Below are positions 12,205 to 25,544 of a stretch of DNA of 64,000 bases, in pieces. Where the stretch lies: assembly GCF_011386835.1 (NCBI RefSeq), contig NC_088796.1, positions 84,506,001 to 84,570,000 of the forward strand. The letters are read 5' to 3'. The notes below the pieces were generated by a model that saw only the letters and a program-made list of their open reading frames with translations, was not told the DNA's origin and made no database searches. The translations under genes and the position numbers were made by a program. The stretch is from Chrysemys picta bellii (lineage: Eukaryota). Every line of letters begins with the position of its first letter. The stretch's first letter is position 1.

Positions 12205-13629
12205 TTTTCTCCATGCACCTTTTAAAGTGAAATAATCTTTTGATCCATTTAAGAAATTTAACTGCATACGAACAAATGAAGTAAAAACAGTTTAAATATA
12301 ATTGGTTACTAATGATACATTAGTAGAACATTATGATGATAGCTATTTCACTGTCAGAGAACTCCAGGATTTCTTATTATCACCTGTAATTTCTACTCTA
12401 TTTAAAGTAGCACAATATTTTTGCCAGTGTTAAAACTATACCAAATTACTTCTTCATTTAGGGCCTGATCTTGCACCAGTGAAGTCAGTGAGAGTTTTAC
12501 CATTGTTGCCATTTGGAGCAAGAACAATAGCTTTATGATCTAAATTTTCTAAAATATGCATATCTAAAGAAATTCTGTGTTCATTTACACTGGTGTAGAT
12601 CTGGAGTAACTTCCCTGAAGCCAATAATTATTCTGAATGTATGCCAGTATAACAGAACAGAGTTTGGCACCTAATATTCACTGACAAGTGCTTCAACTTA
12701 ATAATTTTATTACAGTTAAAATTTCCAGTTAACAATTACAGTATAAGCATCTATTGGTGTTTCTGTGATAAACTCTTATATTCAGGGACTTATAACATGG
12801 CTGTACATATAAAATCTATTCTAAAAACCTGGAAAAAAGAGACCCTTTTGTTTCAAAGTGTAATTTTAAAAATTGTTTTGCTCATCTAAGTGATAGGAAG
12901 CAACAAATTAAAAGTGAAATGAATACAAACATGTATTTCTGTCCTCACAGCCTAAAATAACAACAACCAAAAAAAAGAGTTGGATTTTACATCCATAAAT
13001 GGACCTCACCATTTTAATATAATTAAAAATATGAGTGAAGGCAGAGGTTCATATACTAAACCCAAGTGATTTGCTGAGGGTGAGATCCTCACCCCAGCTC
13101 CTTTATGCTGGAGGTAAGGACCAGTGTAAAGGGGCTCTCAAAGTTTTGGATCCAGTCGGGGGACAATTCCCAGGGTGCAGGGACCAAGGAGTCATCTACT
13201 GTTGACGTCCTTGCACGCACTGGCCCAGGGCCTTGGCTGGGGGCAGGAGGACATCTCAGGTGTGGAGACATGGTTTTGTGGAGATTCTGAGCAGCGCTGC
13301 TACCCACAGCCAGGAAGGAACAGGATGTCATCACTTAGCCCAGTGAGGCAGTGTAAATTGTGCCAGTGGGCACTCAATCCCAAGGAACAGCCTGGAACTG
13401 GGAAGGTGCTAATTTGACTTAATGTTTCCTTCTTCTGAGCGGTGAGTTTTTTTTCTGTGCCTTACAGAAAGAATTAACTGATGTAAACGCACTGTTGTAG
13501 GAGTAGTGTAAAAAGCTAGAGAACAAAAGAAATGCATATACTACTGAACCACCAGTAATCTATGAAAATACTCATTATTGGAGATATAGTTTTGGGTAAC
13601 AGCCACATGGTTAATTTTAACCCTCTAGA

Positions 13630-13797
13630 GAATTTGCTGTGAGTCCCTTATGCTTAGCAATTTGTCCCACTTTGTATTTAGCTTGAACACTCTAGTTACC
13701 TTCTTCAGACCCTGAGGAAGAGCTCTGTGAAGCTTGTCCCTTCTGCCAACAGGAGTTGGACCAATAAAAGATATTACCTCACCCGCCTTGTCTCTCA
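13630..13797 (+). mobile_element. Penelope-like terminal fragment, family B, with degenerate hammerhead
   Basis: AGAC-C-CTGAGGA-A-GAGCT..AAGCTTGTC followed by CCAATAAAAGATATTACCTCACC, shared with 25002-25130 and 25420-25544. Confidence 0.7.
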
Positions 13798-14503
13798 CAA
13801 AACTGAAAGGGGTAAGTTAATCATAGGCCTCTACCTAAGACAGAAGGTTTATGTGAACCCACACAGGAGTTTTGGACTGTGGACAAAAAAGGACTTTTGC
13901 AAAGTATTGTTTTGGGATGGGGGGAGGAAAGGAGAGGAGAGAGAGAATAGCCAGAACAAAGGACCAGACAATGACACAGACAGACAGGAAGAGTGGCTGA
14001 AAACATGTTGTCTGAACCTGGAAGAAACCTGCAGAGAGATTTTTGAGTCAGGGGTGCAGGCTGAAAAAAAGAGTGCTTGTGGCATTGTGAGCAAACAAAG
14101 CTTTTTCATGCTATTTAATTTCTTCTGTATTCAGAAGTCTAGGACTTTGTACATTCTTTGTTAAGAAACAAATCTGCATCAAAGGCATACCTAACTATCA
14201 CAATTTCTATGCCCAAATGGAACATTTCCATGACCCCAAACTTCCACTAGCCAAGAGGTTGAAAAGGGGCTCCACTTCTTTTGCAGTAAGTTAGTAGGCA
14301 AGCCAGTGAATAGTTTATGGCTATGTCTTCACTGCAAGAAAAATGTGTATTTACAGAAAGTTAGCTATTTTGATGTAAAATTCTAGCCGAGACAAGGCTC
14401 TGTAGTTTTTACTTTGATACAGTTAGATGAGGCCAGCCCCAACTGGGGAAATGGGGGCCATTGTGTTGACTTTAACTAGCCACATCAAAGTAGTAATCAC
14501 ATG

Positions 14504-15283
14504 TGTTGTGAGATGCTACCGGTGTGGTGCTCTGCTTTCTCCTATGTTGATATCACTCGGCTGCGTGCGTGTGTTCCCTCTGTGTGCTGCCCCAGCTCTG
14601 CACAGATAGCTGACCCAGCAGACCCGAAGAGAACCCCCAATAACCACAGAGTCTAGTAAGATGCAAAATCACGTTGAGTAGGTTTATTGCGACCTCGGAC
14701 ACAATTGCGGTTCCCTGTAGGTTTCTGAGCCTAACTCAGGGCATACTATGAGAAAGTGCCTCTTGGCAAGGACCCGGCTCAGTGGCGGCACTTTCCACTG
14801 CCCCCCGGCCGGACAAAGACACCACCCCAGGGATACATTCTTATACACAGGTACAAACAAATTACACATCACTCCTGACGCACTGAGGTGCAACCCCTCC
14901 ACGTAGCAAGGTACAACCCCTCTAGGTAGTAAGGTGCCGCCTCTCACCTTGTATATGTTCGTTTGATCAAAACAATTCTATCCATCATTTTACCCTTTTG
15001 CCCCTGTCATTGGGATGGGTCGGCCTGTTCCATGTTATCTGTGGAATGTTCCAGTATAGTGTATGTTCTAATATCTGGTGTCCAGTACCTTTTAGGTATG
15101 TCTCTTTTTGCAGCATCAGCCCTTTCCTTGTCACCTTCTGTGAGCAGGGCCTGCCTCTGGCTCACAGCTTAACTTTGCTTTATGTTAGCAAAGTCTTGAC
15201 CATTACTTTAGTTCAGGCCTTAGGCCTCATACCAGGCCTCTGATACCAAGGTTTATCTCTCAGGGCCTCCTCTTACTACAACA
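14504..15283 (-). mobile_element. Solo ERV-type LTR inserted in a Harbinger-MITE-like repeat
   Basis: Ends TGTTGT..ACAACA; AATAAA on the minus strand near 14685; three AAGGTRCAACCCCTC-like repeats. TSD is ambiguous because CATGTG overlaps both ends. Confidence 0.7.
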
Positions 15284-18200
15284 TGTGCCTATCTCAGCAA
15301 AGATTTTATATCAAGATAGCGAATTCAAGTTAGTTATCTTGATATAAAACCCCTTTTTATTACACTTTGTAGCCTAAAAGCATCAGGGAAGCTATCCTGC
15401 AACTTTGAGGATTATAAATAACAACTGCAAAACAAGGAAGTGGGTGAAATGGGTCATGGATTCACTGATTTATGAGTTATTGGCTAACCAAATCCAAGAA
15501 TGATGCAAGGAGAGATGACAGACCTGACCAGAAAAAGCTTGAAGCACGGGCAACCACTGTTATGGAGACAAGAATGGGAAAGAGAGCCTAACAGCTCAGC
15601 TGACCACTAGTTACTGTCTACCATGATATCCTGTCTGGAAGGAAGAAAGGCAAAAGTAGACTTTGACATACTCATGCCCATAAACATGTTCCTAGAAATA
15701 TTTAAAACTCACACCTAGCAGCAGTTCTTATTCAGCTAGGAGCTACAATATCAACTCTGAAACTGCTGCAGCTTCATTCCTGCTTGTGAGAGTAGTCTCA
15801 ATGCAGGTTGATGTTAGTATTAAGATACTCTGTACCCATAAAAGGCAATTTTTTAGCTAAAATTAAGACTAATATATTTGTTGATATGTTTGTTTTCTGT
15901 AACTATTTTACTATATTTATATCTAATCACTTATACTGTCTTTTTAAACATTTATGAAATGTGTTACTGCTTGGGTGGATGTCTCAGGATGTAGTATATG
16001 AGTTTTCTAATCAGAGAACAATAAAGAGACTATATTTTTGCTACTTAGTTGCTAGCAATAAATTGGAACTTGGTTTTTATCTTCATATAGAGTCTGGTAT
16101 CCTTTTCCTTGAAAGAATAGGAGTAGTGAAGTGATGGTTTTCTAAGGTCTTATTTAATTTGATTTTAAGCAGCCATTGCACTACAGCCCTCTCCCATTTT
16201 GACTTTTCTCCACTCTCATGGGGGGGGGGGAGGGGGGTGTGGTGTCTCATCACAACACCACCTAGTCTCCAGTCTGGCTTCAGGCGAGCTCCTACCTCAG
16301 CTTCCTTTCACTCAGGTTGGATCTCCTGACCTTCTAGCATGGTTTGGTTGCTGCAGTGACTTAGTCCTCTGGGTAAGTCATTAAAGAAGGAAGTCCACCC
16401 CTGTAGGCTATCCAAGTCCAAAACAAACACAAAAACAGTCTTCCACATTCACTCCTGGTCTTAAACTGGGCCTACTCCCTCCTAAGGGATTGTCTTTTCT
16501 CCTCAGCCCCTCCTGGGCACCTTAAAGTCTCTCCTAAGCTCCAAACCTCCTGCCATCTTCCCTAAAGTATCACTTTGACTCTCCCTATGCTTCTCTCTTA
16601 TCTCCACCCCAGGTGGCCTGATTTGGTTACATAACCTGCCTGTCATGTGTCTTTACTCATTTTCCCCACCTGGGGAAGTGAGTTAAGCATGTTACAGGTG
16701 GGGCTGTGCCCAGCTCTCCTTAAAGAGCCAGTCAGCCTGTGCCAAGTCTTTATCATAAACTCAGCATAGTTAAGTGGAAGTCATCATGGTTCCAGGGAGT
16801 CAGTTGGAAATCTTACCTCCCAGTTCCCTGCTTGGTGTTTTTCTTCTTAAGGGAGGAGGAAGCCTGACTGATGGTGGGGTCATGGCAGAAGCTGCTGCCA
16901 CCATGGAAGGAGCCTTCTGGGAGGGCTCTTGCCCTTTTTCCTACCCTGGTCCTTTTTGCTGATTGAGGGGGGCTCCCTTGGTAGTGGTAGGACTTTTAGC
17001 AGCAGGGTCCCTGCTGCTGCCATTGTCCCAGTGTTGGTGGTGGTAGCCACAGGGGTGGATGGGAGAGAAAACCAAGATGGGGCAACAGTGGTGACTGGGG
17101 AACCTCCCCCCTGAGTCTCTTCCCTCTCTTTCCCCCATGGATGCAGCCACCAGAGCAGAAGCCTCACATGTGGCAGAGTTGGGATCCGCTATTGAGGACA
17201 GGTGATGGGAACAGCCACAGGAGTGGGGGCTGGGGGGAAGAAATTATTAAGGGCGGGGGAGGGAAAATGGATGCTAACTATTCCTCCTCACTAGGCTATG
17301 AGTGGCAGCAGGATGGTGCAAACAGAAAATGGTGGAATTAAAACAAACCAACAAAGAAGTTGGGGGGTCACAGCAGGCAGTTTTGGGTAAACTAGCTCCA
17401 CCAGCTGCACTGGGAGCAATGGGCAGATGTAGGTGTGAAGGGGTGCAGTGGATGGGGAGGGGGTGAAAACAAAATGGGGGTGGAGAATCACAAGCACTGG
17501 GAATGCGCAGGTGCATAAGGTAGGTGAGGATAGTGAAGGTAGAGAACATACAGTAAGGGGAAGGGGCTTGGACTGGCAACAAAGTAGCAAGAGGAGGGAA
17601 ACTGGGCAGGATGGGAGAGGTAGGTAACAAACAATAAAGGGGAAACATAGGTGGGGTGGTGGGCAGGGGAGGCAGGTAACAAACTGGAAGGCAGTCAACT
17701 GTGAGGTGAGGGGGACCATGCAAGATAGGGGGAGCGAATTGCAAGGGGGGAGGCCACTGGGGGACCAGGTGACATGGGGGAAGCAGCAAACTGCAAAGGG
17801 GGGAAAGAATGACATGGGAGGAGTCTGGGGAGAGGCAAGATGAGCATAAGGGGTGGCCCATCAGCCCAATGCTAACTGACCGAAACAGGGTGGGGAGGGG
17901 GAAGTCCAAGAGGTCAGGTGATCTCTGCGTGTCCTGCTGCTGTGGTTGCCCAGGATGGCTCCAGACTCTCCTGCTGCTACTGGTAAGCTGGAAAGCTTGG
18001 GAGCAGCCTTGTCGTACAGATGGTGTGGGAGTGAGGATCCAATGGACACTTAATTTTTCACTCCAAGTAAAACTGGAATGGGTAAAGAATGTGGTCTATT
18101 TTCTTGGCAGCTGCTCAGGAGGTGGGGGACAGTCCCTGAGATTTCATTGTCTGAGGAGGAATTAAGCCCCAGTGAATTCCTCCTCACTGAGCGATGCCTG

Positions 18201-18615
18201 TGCCTTCCACAGCTGCAGTAGAATAACAATGTATCTTATAAATATCTATTTACTCTATAGCCTCCGCTCAGATATATCCCAGCATTCAAATCGCAAGATA
18301 CTAAAAGAGGCTGAATAGCACCTTTAGTTTGGGGGCCAAGTGCTATGGCAACCATTTTTTATGCTATTTGGAATTTGGTATTTATACATACTAACAGAAA
18401 GCTGCTTTAAGCTATTCTGCTTTGAAGGACTCATTACTGCTTACAATTGGCTGGCTAGCTTTCTGCAAGTCATTGAGTCAGAGAGTGAAAAATACCCCAG
18501 CAGTCCTCTACTTCCTTAGACTGACTTACTCCGACTCATACCCACTTACCAACGTGTAACTTAATTGCATCACCCCCTTTCACAACACCTCTGAATTTAG
18601 GCCATTTGAGTCTGA

Positions 18616-19020
18616 GGGCTTGTCTACACTTAAAATGCTACAGCTGCACTGCTGTAGTGTTTCAGTGTAGATACTACCTGTTGCCAATAGGAGTGGTTTT
18701 CCCAACACTGTAGATAATCCATCTCGAGAGCAGTGGTGTTGGGACAATTGTTATAGTGGGAATGTTGAAGGCGGAAACCACATATTTGGGTTGTTATTAC
18801 TACTTCAAGCCAGGGGGCATGGCATCGCCCCCAGCACCTCTAGTTCCAGTACCTATGCTCAAGAGGCACTAGCTTGCTCGATGGAAGAATTCTTCTGTTG
18901 ATCGGTGCTGGCTACACAAGGATTTATGCTGGTTTAACAACACCACTCAAAGGTGTGGATTTTTCATACCCCTGACTGATGTAGTTAATCTGATCTAATT
19001 TTCTAGTGTAGACCAGGCCT
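18616..19020. mobile_element. Harbinger MITE with a nested hAT-like insertion (18731-18857)
   Basis: Ends GGGCTTGTCTACACT / AGTGTAGACCAGGCC flanked by TGA; inner element flanked by CTCGAGAG / CTCAAGAG. Confidence 0.7.
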
Positions 19021-20253
19021 GAATTGATACTCTCATGCCAAGGGGACCACACAGAAGTGTACCAAGAAAACCAACTAACAGGAGGATGTAAGAATGCATA
19101 AGTTCAAGTAGGACTTCTCCCCTACTTTTACTCACACTTCCTTTCTTTACAGTGTGTACATTATACCATCTTAGAGTCACTTATGCTTTGGGCATGAACG
19201 TACTACAGCATGAGTATAAGGAGATCTAACTTCTACATCACTTCTGAAATTGGGGGTGAATGTTACTAATATAGTGTAATGTTTCCAACTTTTCCCTTTA
19301 CAAACACTGACAAATTAGTCTGTTAAAAAATGATTTTTAAGATGTGGGGTTATATAGTGCCAGCAATTTTTCAGCAAAACTCCCCACTGATTTCAAACAC
19401 TAGGGAGTTCTGCCTGAAAACTGATGGTATAAAGCAGCCCATTGAAATTTAAAAAGGAGAAATAGTTTAATACAGAGAAGCAGATGACTGAAATAACTTT
19501 TTTTTTCATGAATCAAGCTGAAAACAAAATGCCTAAAACCTTTGACAATTCCTCCATACCCAACAAACATGATTTTTTTGCTTTATCACTGTAAGCTGTT
19601 TAAAATGGTCCATATTTGGTCCCTCCAATGCAAAGCTCAGTTTCAAAATTCTGTTCCTAGTTTCCCCCTGTATGAATTCAATGTAACTCCATTCTAGTCA
19701 ATAGACTTGTTCTTCAGTTACACCAGTTTAGTTGTAAGCAGAATCTGGCCATAAAATATAATCATATTATCCTAGCTATGGTTTCTGTCTTCTTTCCCAC
19801 TGTTACAAAATATTTAACTTTTTTTTTTTAAACAAGAATGTCCTACTTGACAACCGCGCTGTTCTTTTTGCTGGTATATGAATGACATCCTAATCTTAAC
19901 CGCATGACCCTGAAATAAAACTCCGTAGGTCCAGCTTTCATAGGGGCAGCCATAGTGTTCTGCCTTTTCTTCTTTTTTAAGCTCAGACAAGGCAAAGAAA
20001 TAATTCTTCAAAAATCTGAAAAAAACATTGAATCAAAATGGAAAATGCACAAAAGGTAGTGGGTGGAAATTTAATTGAGATATCATTCCAGTGCTCATGA
20101 GAGAACCTAAGGAGATTAAACTCCTTTTCACACTAACCGAATATGGTCCTTCAACATGCACAGTAACTGGATCTTTTTTATATTAGTATATAAGAGCTCA
20201 GTTGTTCAAGTAGGGTTGTATTGTTGCTATGATCCTGCTCATGTGGTTCAGGC

Positions 20254-20259
20254 TTTATT
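20254..20259 (-). promoter_or_regulatory. Candidate polyadenylation signal of the kelch/coiled-coil gene
   Basis: AATAAA on the minus strand 11 nt after the stop codon. Confidence 0.55.
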
Positions 20260-20270
20260 CAGCAGACTGG

Positions 20271-20375
20271 TCACATTCCTTTAAACTGTTGCATAATAGA
20301 AAGCAGCTGCTGATTGCGGTGTTGAACATTTTGCTGTTCTTCTTTTAGCCTCTCCTGATCATGAAGAATCTCTTC
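20271..20375 (-). CDS. Kelch-repeat/coiled-coil protein, terminal coding exon
   Basis: Acceptor ccttttgtag, phase 0; EEILHDQERLKEEQQNVQHRNQQLLSIMQQFKGM then TGA; in frame with exon 22562-22666. Confidence 0.88.
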   Translation of the reverse strand, partial: EEILHDQERLKEEQQNVQHRNQQLLSIMQQFKGM

Positions 20376-21299
20376 CTACAAAAGGCAGGAGACCACGCTT
20401 TAGATGAAACATCCAGTCCTGGCAACTAATATAAAAAATGAGTTAAAATATACCACCACCTCCCCACCCCCCCCCCCTCCAATCAAAAAAACCCATAAGT
20501 GCTAGAGAGCCACAGCTATGACCAGACTCTCTCTTTCAGTCAAGTAAAATTCAAAAACCAAAACAAACAAAATCAACTAGCTCACTGCCAAGTGGAAAAA
20601 ATAATTTAGGGCCAGATCAAACTGAAAATTCAAGGGCTTGCCATATAGATTGCAGGAATTTGTCCCCTCTCATGGCAGGGGTTTGGGTCTTGGAGTGGGC
20701 AGGGAGTGAAGCCTCCCTATTTAATAAATCCAATGAATCCCCAGGAAAAAATACTTTCAGATCCCCAGTGGCAAAAAAAAAAATAGTCCAGATGGATGGC
20801 TGCTTCCTGTGTTTCTCTATTATCCCTTCCCCTTCAGTAACACAGCTCCAGCAGGCTGAGTTCCCCTGAGGCTACTTAGAAACCTGAGAGAGGGGACCCA
20901 GCAAGAATTATTACGTTTCTAACAGCATTACCTCCAACTCTAGTTTCTGCGTGGAAATCTATGGGCTGAGCAGAGGATGATTCCACAGAGAGCATCTAGT
21001 TCCCATGAAAGCTATTGAGTACTTCTCTTTAGCTACCAACTAACTCCCTCTTATGCCTTATCAGCAAGGCCAAAACTTCAGAAACTTTCAGCCAAATGCT
21101 CTATATTTTCTGAGCATAAGTGGGCCTTGCTCAGACGTGTTGTACAGCAGAATTTATAACTACCATCTATTATTCCTTAGTCAAACCCCAATTCCAATGG
21201 GGGTTCTGTCTTAGTAGGGGCTCAGAACCATGTTCTTCCCAAACTGTTTTTTATGTCAGCAGCAGGAGGAATCTCCAAGTTTCAGCTGTGGAATTCCCC

Positions 21300-21422
21300 T
21301 AGGGTGACCAGGTGTCCTGATTTTATACAGATAGTCCTGATTTTGGGGTCTTTTTCTTATATAGGCTCCTATTAGCCCCCACCCCGGTCCTGATTTTTCA
21401 CTCTTGCTGTCTGGTGGCCCTA
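21300..21422. mobile_element. hAT-type MITE (TAGGGTGACCAG family)
   Basis: Same family as 30047-30170 and 41019-41141. Confidence 0.8.
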
Positions 21423-22561
21423 AGTTTCCCCCTCACTGTAACTTCAGAAGGCTGGGCTTGCTCTCCCTTTGTGTAATGGTTGGAGTGAGGGTTTGGTCTC
21501 CTGACTTCCTGAGATTTCCAGAAGCCCAGGGTCCCATGCAGCCAATGCACAGGGCCCTTCTCCCTGCCAGTTTCTTATTCAGGATCCATTCTACCGCTGG
21601 CTGACACCCCCTCAGCTTCACAGTAGTAGCCATGAAGGAGAGTCCCTAGTTATTAATGTTAACACCTGATTGGATAATCCATGGATTCAGCATGGCAGCA
21701 CACTCCAGACTGCACCTGCTCCCTAGTTCTATCCCTGGCCCTACCTCCAAATACCTCAGAGGCCTGACCTGGCACAGTCTAGGAAAAAGGCTTCTGCAGT
21801 TTCCCTTATTGGGGGAGGAGAGGAGAACATACTGCAGAGCTGGTGCTGTCACATTCTGTGGCCCTGACTCAGTTATAATCTGCTTGCACTCCTCTCTACT
21901 CGAAGCACGGGGGAGAATCTGGCTCTGCGTGAGGATGGCAGGACTGGGCCACTGAGGAGGAGGATAAAAAGAATGTTTGCATGCATTAAAAAACAAACAA
22001 AGCTACATTAATAAGGAAAATCATTGTGATAATTATTAAAACTGGCTCTATATGGACAAAATAATGTATTTTAAGTTTTAAAATAAACTAGTATAGGGCA
22101 GGGGGGGTTGTTAACTATTTTAAAAGTAGACTTTTTTGGTTCAGTTCTTACCAGAGGAATTCTTAAAGATAAATCAGAACTAAAACAGAGCAATAGTGAA
22201 CAAAACATGTTTATCGTTCATGCAAAAATTGATTGTTTGGTTGCTGGAAACATGTTTATGTATTTTAGCTACCGTAACTAAAAAGTTGAAGGGGAAAACA
22301 ATTAAATTATTTGAAAGCAATTTAAAAATGTAATCCAGAACTAGCAGTCGGTGATTCATTTAACATTTCCTTCTAGAATACTTTGGGAACAGTGGTTTTG
22401 TTGTTGTTGTATCATCTTCATATGTGGTGTTCAAGAAAAAAAAACACATTTTGCTTATTTCATTATTGCTATAAGAATTGTGCCTACAACACATATAGAA
22501 AGGATCCAAATGGACTCTCCAGTTATGCACACAGTTATATGTTACTTTGGAAAAAGTTTAC

Positions 22562-22666
22562 CCTCAGTTTACATATTTCTTTCCTTTCCTTGTCATTTTC
22601 CTCTGCTCTGGCTTTGAGCCAGGCTTCATTTTGGGCCTTGTGCTTATCTAGCATCTCTTGCAGCTC
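22562..22666 (-). CDS. Kelch-repeat/coiled-coil protein, coiled-coil exon (105 nt, phase 0-0)
   Basis: tttttaaaccag / gtaaac; ELQEMLDKHKAQNEAWLKARAEENDKERKEICKLR. Confidence 0.9.
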
Positions 22667-23039
22667 CTGGTTTAAAAACAAACAAAAATTAAAAGATGTG
22701 CTAAGTGGTACTGGCTTTAAAGTTGTCTATGTTCAATTACGGACATTAAAAGACAAGCCAGTATCTAGTCCAGTGCATCTTTCAGGAAATAGCTGTCAAA
22801 GGCATACTCACATCCTAGGATTCTTCCTAATTTCAGGACACATTTAAATTTCTTCAGTCTCTCTAAGCTATATTTTGTTCAGTTTTCTGCTTAACCAGTG
22901 ATAATAAAGAACATTGTTTTCTTTGACAAATGCAGTAAGCTATTATTTCTGCAGATGTTTCCTCATCTAAGTAAGTCTTGCTAATGTGAATAATAATACT
23001 TAGCAGGCCTCTGCTTGCACCTGAATGGTGCTACTTGTG

Positions 23040-23300
23040 AGTGAAGTCCAATACCCCTTTTGTAGACTTTGACCCACATTGTGTGGGGCTAGCTTGGAGA
23101 CCACTTCTACATCACAGAGAGAAAGGACAGGATGACCTGTCACGTCACGTACAGGGGACACCCAGTACAGACAGTGTTCAAGGCTTAGATGGTCTAAGTA
23201 ACAACTACTTGTGTGAACTGGGTTCTGCAGTACAGAGCCTGTAAATTGCACTCCAGCTTTGAAAAGTGCCTATACAAAATGGCACCTTTCTTACTTAATG
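23040..23300 (+). mobile_element. Very degenerate RTE-like RT fragment
   Basis: FVDF.. followed by MTCHVTYRG..VFK resembles RTE RT motifs; heavily mutated. Confidence 0.4.
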
Positions 23301-24439
23301 GACCGGATTCCAGGGGATATTTAGTGTCACAGCAACTGAATTTACTGACTAAGATAAATCTGTACAACTTCTTACTCCTGTTAGCCCTGCAGAGCTAACA
23401 AAACTGAGAGAATGAGCTGATTTTATTCTGGCTCATGCATCAACAGAGTTGTTAAATATGTTCCAATTACAGGATCTCTGCGGCTGGTGATGTCTTAGCC
23501 AGTATGAGCTCAATTTGATTTTTAGGTTAAAGGCTGAGTTTGCAGACTTGGCAATTAGAACATATTTTTCTATTTGTAAATTGAGCAAATTTGTTGTAGA
23601 ACAATTGAAATGCAATAAATATGAAGGCCCATGATCAAATACAAAGTCAACTTCCAGTGTAGCTCAACAATTTAAAGAGAGAGCTGAATTTGGCTTGGTT
23701 TCCACTGAAATCAATAGAGTTGTGCCAGCTTATGCCAATGGAGATGCCAGAAGTGGGGGCTGAAAGCTCTGAAAAAGAAAATAAATGGGGCTGGGAGAGC
23801 TGATGTCTGCTGCCCTTTCTCCAGGAAAGCTGGGACTTTTGTTATAGCCTGGGAATTGCTGGTTTTCTAGGGGAAAGCAGAGTGGAAGAGAAGCTCATAA
23901 AAAACTATTGGGGAAGCCGGGTAGTTGGCTGAGCACAGGAGTGTCTGAATGAGGAGCAGGGGGTCAGAAGGAAGGAAGGAAAACTGCTTTTCAGCTTTTC
24001 ACAAATATTAGTGAAAAATATTTTGTACAACACATCTGGATTTGATCCTGACTCAGGGTTTTACTCCTGCACTTTAAACTTTCACATTAAGAAAATCTAC
24101 ATTTCCTGGGATGATTTGCTCTTCAATAGTTGGTCCCACCTGTCACCTAAAACAATCTGTGATTTAGGAAACAAAGAGACTGCTGTGCTGCTTGCTAATT
24201 AGCCAATCTTGTAAAAGGTTAAAAGGTGGATATTTTGTCTTTGTGTTCAAATAAACTCAAGTAATGGTTGTCTGATATCTATCAAGTATCCAAGTATAAC
24301 ACCCTCCTCTGCTTTGGAGACAGGAATTTCTATATCAGATGATGCTTTGTCAAGTTTCTTCCATATCTCTCCTGTTACATCTTTTTTTCTCTTTTTTCCT
24401 CCTCTTCCACCTCTATTTTTCTTTGCTTTGTATAGTTGC

Positions 24440-24640
24440 TGTGGGATAGCACAGTCTAATAAGTGAGCACTGCACTTTATCCCGCTGGCAATGAGATTTG
24501 AGCTCATTCTTAGCTCCTCCATTAATGAGTTCCAAAGCTTTGGGCCTGTTGCTAAGAAATCCTTCACTCTCACAAGCTTCACAGAGGGTGGCAGAGAAAT
24601 GTAGTAGTTGAGGGAGATCATGAAGAGAAAGGTGTTCTGT
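24440..24640 (-). mobile_element. L2/CR1-group LINE C-terminal remnant
   Basis: DFLATGPKLWNSLMEELR resembles the AFSVAGPRLWNSLP.ELR motif; an upstream piece (IHAFVTSTMDYSNSLL) lies at about 26150-26380. Confidence 0.6.
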
Positions 24641-24774
24641 GCGGTACAATATCTTGTACTGTTTCACTGGAGAGTTGTGATGGACTGAACATGTCAAAGT
24701 AATATTTATAATCTGAGGAGGGGGGAGTTTTAGTTTTAGAAAGATTCTTCCTCAGCCAGACCTTATTCAGTGAA

Positions 24775-25384
24775 CAATTTGTATTGCCCATCAGAAGCCA
24801 CTTTACTTGATGGGCAGACTGCTCTGTGAAATACAGTCTTTCAAATGGGTAGTTAAACTTTTGAAAGGTGATGATTAAAGGCCACTGGATTCTCAATAGG
24901 ACATCTCTCGGGCATTAGCTCAACAAAACTTTAAAGAAAACAGTAAGTCCAAAACCTATTGGGTAAAAAACTAAATAAGTACCTAAAAAGTTCTTAAGGG
25001 AAGACCTGAAGAAGAACTCTGTGTAGCTTGAAAGCTTTGTCTCTCTCACCCAAGAGAAGTTGGAACTTGGTCCAATAAAAGATATTACCTCACCTATCAT
25101 GTCTCGCCCATTATCTAGGGTGGCTACCCCCATTCTCCAAACAAGTCTCTCCTCCCCCCACCCCCAATAACTTTTTAGGTATTTAGGTTTTTTTACACAA
25201 TAGGTTTTGGACCTGCTGTTTTCTCTAAGGTTTTGTTGAGCTAATGCCTGAGAGATGTCCTATTGAGATTCCAATAGCCTTTAATTATCACCTTTCAAAA
25301 GTTTAACTACCCATTTGAAAGACTGTATTTCACAGAGCAGTCTGCCCATCAAGTAAAGTGGTTTTTGATGGGCAATACAAATTG
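24775..25384. repeat. Inverted duplication, arms 24775-24992 and 25169-25384
   Basis: The right arm is the reverse complement of the left arm at roughly 90% identity by eye. Confidence 0.92.
25002..25130 (+). mobile_element. Penelope-like terminus, family B, with hammerhead-like motif (25002-25042)
   Basis: AGAC-CTGAAGA-A-GAACT-CTGTGT-AGCTT-GAA-AGCT-TT-GTCT, then CCAATAAAAGATATTACCTCACC. Confidence 0.8.
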
Positions 25385-25419
25385 GAAATATGAAGTTGCC
25401 ACCCTCTAGAGTGGAGTCT

Positions 25420-25544
25420 TCTTTCAGGTCTTGAAGAAGAGCTCCGTGTTGAGGCTCCAAAGCTTGTCTCTCTCACCACCAGAAGCTGATTCAATAAAAG
25501 ATATTACCTCACCCACCTAGGACTGACATGGCTACAATAACACT
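25420..25544 (+). mobile_element. Second Penelope-like family B terminus, decayed hammerhead
   Basis: TTGAAGA-A-GAGCT..GGCTC-CAAAGCTTGTCT..TCAATAAAAGATATTACCTCACC..GGCTACAATAACACT. Confidence 0.72.

Noticed and set aside
17274-17909. 211-aa and 174-aa minus-strand ORFs
   Set aside because: C/T-rich low-complexity strand lacking stops; no domain motifs or splice context.
19814-20011. ORF just downstream of the kelch gene stop
   Set aside because: No convincing acceptor; lies after the stop codon and poly(A) signal.
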